A DNA stretch of 64,000 nt from assembly GCA_950097015.1 (NCBI GenBank), contig CATNEN010000034.1:1364001-1428000 (forward strand). Reading direction: 5' to 3'. This DNA comes from Macrostomum hystrix. Its lineage: Eukaryota; Animalia; Platyhelminthes. Position numbers and translations under genes: made by a program. This document shows, piece after piece, positions 58,591-64,000 of the stretch. The notes under the pieces are model-generated. The model did no database searches and was not told the DNA's origin. It saw only the letters and a list, made by a program, of their open reading frames with translations. Position 1 is the first letter of the stretch, and each line of letters begins with the position of its first letter.

Positions 58591-59158
58591 CAACGCATGG
58601 TACTTCTGGTCTGTAAGAAAGAAATATATTAGGCAGAGAAATAAGAACATTTTTTCAGAAAATCGAGACAGTTTTCTATTACAAGAATCAGCTTTTGTTA
58701 TGCAGTTTTGAGTATTGAACAAAAAGAGTTTTTTTCATGTATTGATGATACGAGGTTATTTATTGATTAGTGCGCTCATGTTGTTAAACAAACGTTTAGT
58801 TCTTTATCTATAGAAGATTTTTCACGAATTATGAGCGAATGATTTTTATGTACTACAAATCCTATAATGCAATCATTTGATTTTTATTATAGTGCAGATT
58901 TTATTATTTTTAATTTGTACTCGTAAAAAGACTCAGTTATTGTGTCACGGCAGCTCTACGAAAGTATATGAGCTAAAATATAGGTGGGGAAATAAATTAA
59001 TCGTAAATTGTTTTCATGCAACATTTGACAGTCTCGATAAAAATTGTGCTTCTAAAATTTTCTTTCTTTCTCTTTAAAATCGAAATCAAACAATGTCTTT
59101 ACAAAACTCGAATCGGAATCATCACGTCACGTCACCGATGACGGCAGTGAAGTTTCTC

Positions 59159-60934
59159 TCAGATGAGGGTCGATGAGACATGAAGGCCCAGTGTCGAAGC
59201 CAGCAGCAGAGTCAGCAGCAGCCAGTAATGAGATAACGTGCCAGCTGACGGAGACAACAAACGACTGGCTGACAGAGGCAGCGTCTGTCCGGTCGGCGCT
59301 CGCGGCCCTGCAATTGACGAAGCCGATGTCGATGTTTCCTCGTCAAAGCTAGCACACCAAAGGCTGGAGTCAGGACCAATGCACAGGGCGTACATAATGA
59401 CGTGGGCGATGTAGCTCTGCTCGTGAGTAGTGTGTAAAAGGTAGGCGCTGGGACCAGCGGCGTATACAGCGACGTCCTCAGCTCCGTGCGAGTCATAGTC
59501 GTAGTTGTACAGAGCCGGAAATCGGAAGTTCACGTCAGTTGTGTTCGCATCTGTGAGATTCTTGCGCTCAGTTCGGATTGCAGCCGACGGACCGTCGGCG
59601 TAGTTCAGCACCGTATATGGCATGCCGTCGTATGCCACAGCATCGCCGTTGGCATTGTATTTGTCTTCGTCGGAGTTGATGACTCGGCCCAAGATCGGGT
59701 TGCCTCGTAGACCCCAACCACCCACCGTGAACACGTGGCTGTGATCGCCAGTCACCAGCATGAGGGTGTCAGCTCGGCTTGTCAGCTCCATAGCCTTAGC
59801 CACAGCCCGGTCCAGCTCCAGGACATCGTGCAGGGCTCGCTTTCCGTAATTGTCATGGTGCGCCTGATCGATGCGCCCGGCCTCAACAAACAGAGCGAAG
59901 CCGTTAGCATTGCGGGATAGAATGCGTATGGCTTTGTCCACCATCTCGGTAAGGCTAGGCTCCTTATAGGTCGGGTCTAATTCATTGTCCAGCTGATAGC
60001 GCATGTGGCTAGTGGCGAACAGCCCCATGACGTAATCTGTGTTTGCAGGATCGATCACATCAAACTGAGACTTGGACTCGGCAAATACAAATCGCCTGCC
60101 TTTGCCAGACTGTTGATTTCGCCAGCGATTGATCAGGTTGACACCGTCGAGACGTCTCCCCGAAGTCATGGCGTTCTTGTTCGAGTAGTCCACAGTCGTT
60201 TCATTGTTGGGGATGAAGTACGTTCGTCCTCCACCGAATACGACGTTCCAGTCGGCCGCGTTGGCAATCAGCTGCTTGGCGATGTCGGGACAGTTCGCCT
60301 TGTCGATGCCCACGGGTTGATTTGCGTCGCTTTCCCAGTCGCGGTGAGGTGCGTGCGCGTACATCGCAGCCGGTGTGGCATGAGTGATGCGCGTGGTGGT
60401 GACGAGGCCGACAGACTTTCCAGCCAATTGAGCGTAGTGTAAGAACGAATACACATTCTTGCTAGGGTCGTATGAAGAGCAGTTGCCCTTCACTATGTAC
60501 TGATTCACACCCAGTGTTGCATCATTAGTCTTGACGCCAGAACCAAAGGCTGTCGCAGTGGCTGCTGAGTCTGGTGTCTGATAGTTGCAATCGTATGTCT
60601 TGACAAGAGCAACCTGGGGAAACGTTTCATAAACGAGCTGGGCCTCCTCACCAGATCGATTCTGCAACTGGCCTTTGTACACTCGCCCTGCCATTGTGCT
60701 GGTGAGACCGAGCCCGTCACCCAGGAAGAACACCAGATTCTTAGCCCGGCCCCTCTGCAGGTTGGCCGCAGCCGCCTTTGCTGCCAGAAGGTCGGAGCGT
60801 CCGCGATTCACCCACCACTGCGGCGTCTCGTAGGATGGCACCGGAAAGTGACTACCAGGCTTAGGTGTGACTGCCGACTGGCAGATAATTGGCAGGCAGG
60901 TAATGAGCAGCGATTGCGCGAGGGTCAGCCTCAT
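59159..60934 (-). CDS. ALP: Alkaline phosphatase, intronless, signal peptide and probable GPI anchor (591 aa)
   Basis: FFLGDG, catalytic TPDSAATAT, RITHATPAA, VEAGRIDQAHH, TGDHSH and HGAEDV motifs are all intact; hydrophobic N- and C-termini. Splice acceptor (ttttttttacag) 10 nt upstream of the ATG at 60945-60947. Confidence 0.97.
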   Translation of the reverse strand: MRLTLAQSLLITCLPIICQSAVTPKPGSHFPVPSYETPQWWVNRGRSDLLAAKAAAANLQRGRAKNLVFFLGDGLGLTSTMAGRVYKGQLQNRSGEEAQLVYETFPQVALVKTYDCNYQTPDSAATATAFGSGVKTNDATLGVNQYIVKGNCSSYDPSKNVYSFLHYAQLAGKSVGLVTTTRITHATPAAMYAHAPHRDWESDANQPVGIDKANCPDIAKQLIANAADWNVVFGGGRTYFIPNNETTVDYSNKNAMTSGRRLDGVNLINRWRNQQSGKGRRFVFAESKSQFDVIDPANTDYVMGLFATSHMRYQLDNELDPTYKEPSLTEMVDKAIRILSRNANGFALFVEAGRIDQAHHDNYGKRALHDVLELDRAVAKAMELTSRADTLMLVTGDHSHVFTVGGWGLRGNPILGRVINSDEDKYNANGDAVAYDGMPYTVLNYADGPSAAIRTERKNLTDANTTDVNFRFPALYNYDYDSHGAEDVAVYAAGPSAYLLHTTHEQSYIAHVIMYALCIGPDSSLWCASFDEETSTSASSIAGPRAPTGQTLPLSASRLLSPSAGTLSHYWLLLTLLLASTLGLHVSSTLI

Positions 60935-62906
60935 GTTCCTGCGTCTGTAAAAAAAGGGGGAATTAGCGGGTTGGACGCGACACTAAGCGATGCATTCTCG
61001 TTAGTCGATGTGAAAGAACCCGACACATACCAGTTTTGTCAAGCGTTTGCTATCTGAAGAATGCAGACAAAGTCTTTTCGTCCAACGGGGTTGTTTAAGT
61101 CACGAAATGGTAAAATGTTTACCACCATTTTTACTCCATCATTTTTATGCATTTTATACAGTTAATGATAATTAATTTTAATAACAAGTTTCAAACACTT
61201 CAGTTCCAGACTAAAAGCACTTACCTGTTATCAAATTAGCCTTGGGTTTCTAGTGTATGTAATTTTCGACAAAAATATGAGTTCTGTGAGAAGCGGAAAT
61301 GTGGCTCTCAGCTGTCAGACAGGTCATAACTATTTATTTTATTTTATGTTGCTTCACAGTGCCAGTGGGCAGCTGCTCAGACGAAATCGGCTCTGTGCAG
61401 GGCTTTCATTGCTCTCAGCAGGCTATTATACTTGGAGCTGCGAAAATTCGTGCGATATTTGAAAACCTAAAGTTATTTAAATAGACAAATAAGCAGGTTT
61501 ATTTACTTTATTTGTAATGGACATAGCACACTGACTGCGAGCCCATTATGCAATTTCCCATTGCAACCAGAGCTCAACTTATGAGAGCGTTGCGATCTGT
61601 GTGACTATACTGAGTATTCTCATGTGTGACCGTACGGCGTGTCGATGCTCTGTGTGTGTGGACCGCATGAGCATGGAGAAACTAGAGAACAATGGAGAAA
61701 TTGTGGCTGTCAGGACTGCCATCCAGACAATGCTATAAATGGCGGCTTAACTTTATTTGAGAAAATAAAATTTCCACCTGCTTGCTGGCTTGCGTGTTCA
61801 TTTGCTCATGAGAACTGCTCAGTTGGCAGCGCGAGGCTCAATTATACCTATAGAAATTTTAAGCCTGCAGGAAACGGCATGGCAATTAGGCTGCTTTCTG
61901 TTTTTAAAAATTATTATGTAACAACAACATTTTAGGTCATAAAAGTGTCCAAACTGGTTTGCGCAGACAAAACTTGACTGTCTCACTGGTCGTATGGTTA
62001 GGATGGAATATAAATTAAAATTTACTAGTGTGAAAATAATTATGTAATTATCCTAGTATAGCCTGTTCTTAATATGATGTTTACGATTCTGCGAGTACAT
62101 ATGATTATGTTAGTATTGTGTTAAGTTAAAAAAGTACTAATAACTTTGTTATTTGCAATGGGGCTGTCGGCATTGATGCATATCGTTTAATTTGGCGGCA
62201 GTCAGCATGCAGCTAATGTGACTAAGCCAATTAATTCCACTCTTACCTTCCTGTTATACACTTCTATAAAAAGCGTATACAGATACTCTCGCTCGCATAT
62301 CATAAGTCGCTAACAGGGGTGTGATAAATATTTAAACGGAAACAAAGTTAAGCTGAGGAAGATGGATTTGAGCTCAATTAGATAACGCCAGATCATTTAA
62401 TAAAAAAACTCATAGTTGCCGTTTTACGGACCAGTGAATAATAAAAGAATGAACTGATCTGTGCAAAAACATTGTGTCTTTAATAGAGAGATTGTTATTT
62501 TCAATTTATTTAAAAATATGCTCAAACTTTTCTATTTTCTTTCCTGTCTTAAACTTTTCGTAAGTTAAGTCGTTGTACCCTGATACGTTTTTTTAAAGCT
62601 CTTATTTTCTAAGAAACCAATGTTTGGTGCGATTTTATTGGCGATTCACTACGCAAGGTATATATAAATTCTCTACTTCGTTTCTTGCAGACACTAATTA
62701 CGCATTTATTCTCTATGCAACTAAACGTGAAAAAATCTGCACATTTTAAGTTTCATTTTACGTCGGGATCGTTTTAGTGTTAGACATTACATTTGTAACA
62801 GCTTAAGATTTATTTTATTTTGCTTATATGAAAAGTAAACAGCATCGTAAATAATAGGATATAAATTATAAACTAAAACTGAAAGTTTTTTTGCTTGCCG
62901 TTCTAG

Positions 62907-63103
62907 CCTTGTCCAGTAAAGTTAACACAGGTTCTTCAACAGATAACCAGCAGGATAAACCGATGACTTCAAGGGCACACTCCAGCTCAAGCTGCAGTCC
63001 TAGAAAGTTTGATGAAAAGATTGCATTGTTAAAGGCAAATGAGTCAGAATCCAATGAAAAGTTTGACAGGTTGTTGTATGAATTGAACGTTCTTAAAGGG
63101 CAT
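62907..63103 (+). CDS. Isolated internal exon of an unidentified gene
   Basis: ttgccgttctag acceptor, GTAAGT donor, open frame ending in coiled-coil-like KFDEKIALLK...LLYELNVLKGH; partner exons not resolved. Confidence 0.45.
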
Positions 63104-64000
63104 GTAAGTATTTTTAAAAAGCTGTCATTTGTTTTAATGATATGGTTTTGTTTCTACTCTAATTTTCAATCGAATCATAGGAACTGTATGACAGAAATTG
63201 GAAATTTATTTCATATAGCTAAGCCCTAATTTAATAAAATCGTTGTCAAGCCTACGCTTAGTATACTGTACATTGTTTTATTGTATTTTTTATCCTCAAC
63301 ATTTTATCCACTATTGCCTAGCTAGGCCTATATCAATTTCGAATCTTGCCATTGGTATTGTACTTTATTGTACTTTATTGTAGCTATTTAGCTGCCTTCT
63401 GGGTGGCCTTAATTTTTTTGGAAATAAAATTACACTTCGAGTAAATTTACAATAAATGTACAAATTTAGGCTAAGTTAGGATCTTCTGGTGAGGTGAAGA
63501 AATGATAAAAATCTGTTGACAAATTTTGGAGATATTCAATTGCAATCAACCAAGTTAGCAAGCAAATAAGATTTTTATGTTTAGCGTAATTGTTTGGTGA
63601 TTTGGAATTTTATGTTTCTTTGTAATATAGAAAGGCTAAAAGAAGCAAGTCCACTTTGTTGCAACTTATGCCTATTGTTTTATTTAATTGTTGTACTGAT
63701 TTTATAACTTGCATAAAATCATATATAAAAAATGCATACATATAAATATGAACCTAAATTTACTTCCAGAGCTAATAACACATGGCATTGCCTGTCATGA
63801 ATTAGTGAAAAAATGGAGGTCATAAATGCTGATTGGTGTAGCTTATGTAGTTTCTATGTCCTAATTAATTTTTTTTCAATGACACATTTTCGATTCTTGG
63901 AAATGGCCAAATAACTTGCTTGTTTTCTATTTAAAATTAAAGAAATTGACAGGAAATGACAATTCAATTGACATTAAAGAAATCACAACATGTTAGGATG

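Overview
Eukaryotic (metazoan) genomic DNA. GC-rich exons, AT-rich spacers and introns filled with minisatellites suggest a free-living flatworm such as Macrostomum; this is inference and no database was searched. Recognisable genes reconstructed by hand with phase-consistent GT-AG splicing: C12orf56/DUF4551-like (5 exons, minus), an orphan 4-exon gene (plus), a 2-exon orphan class A GPCR (minus), BBS2 (7 exons, minus), GLE1-like (at least 4 exons, minus), an intronless divergent alpha-tubulin (plus) and an intronless GPI-type alkaline phosphatase (minus). Also present are about 19 tandem-repeat arrays, tRNA-derived SINEs, a hAT-like MITE remnant and an LTR-PBS-gag fragment. Most long ORFs in the supplied track are repeat artefacts. 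The most striking element is a same-strand cluster at 5.2-13.1 kb of intronless, signal-peptide-bearing, cationic tandem-repeat proteins. It holds two intact genes rich in Arg/Lys/His/Tyr, one frameshifted pseudogene whose true frame is recoverable from synonymous variation, and one older relic. It looks like a birth-and-death family of secreted glue, eggshell or gland proteins (inference). Other notable signals: terminal minisatellite units carrying branch-point consensus at the expected distance from 3' splice sites, a Phe-spaced low-complexity insert in GLE1, a partial BBS2 exon duplicated behind the gene, and an alpha-tubulin lacking K40 and the C-terminal Tyr.
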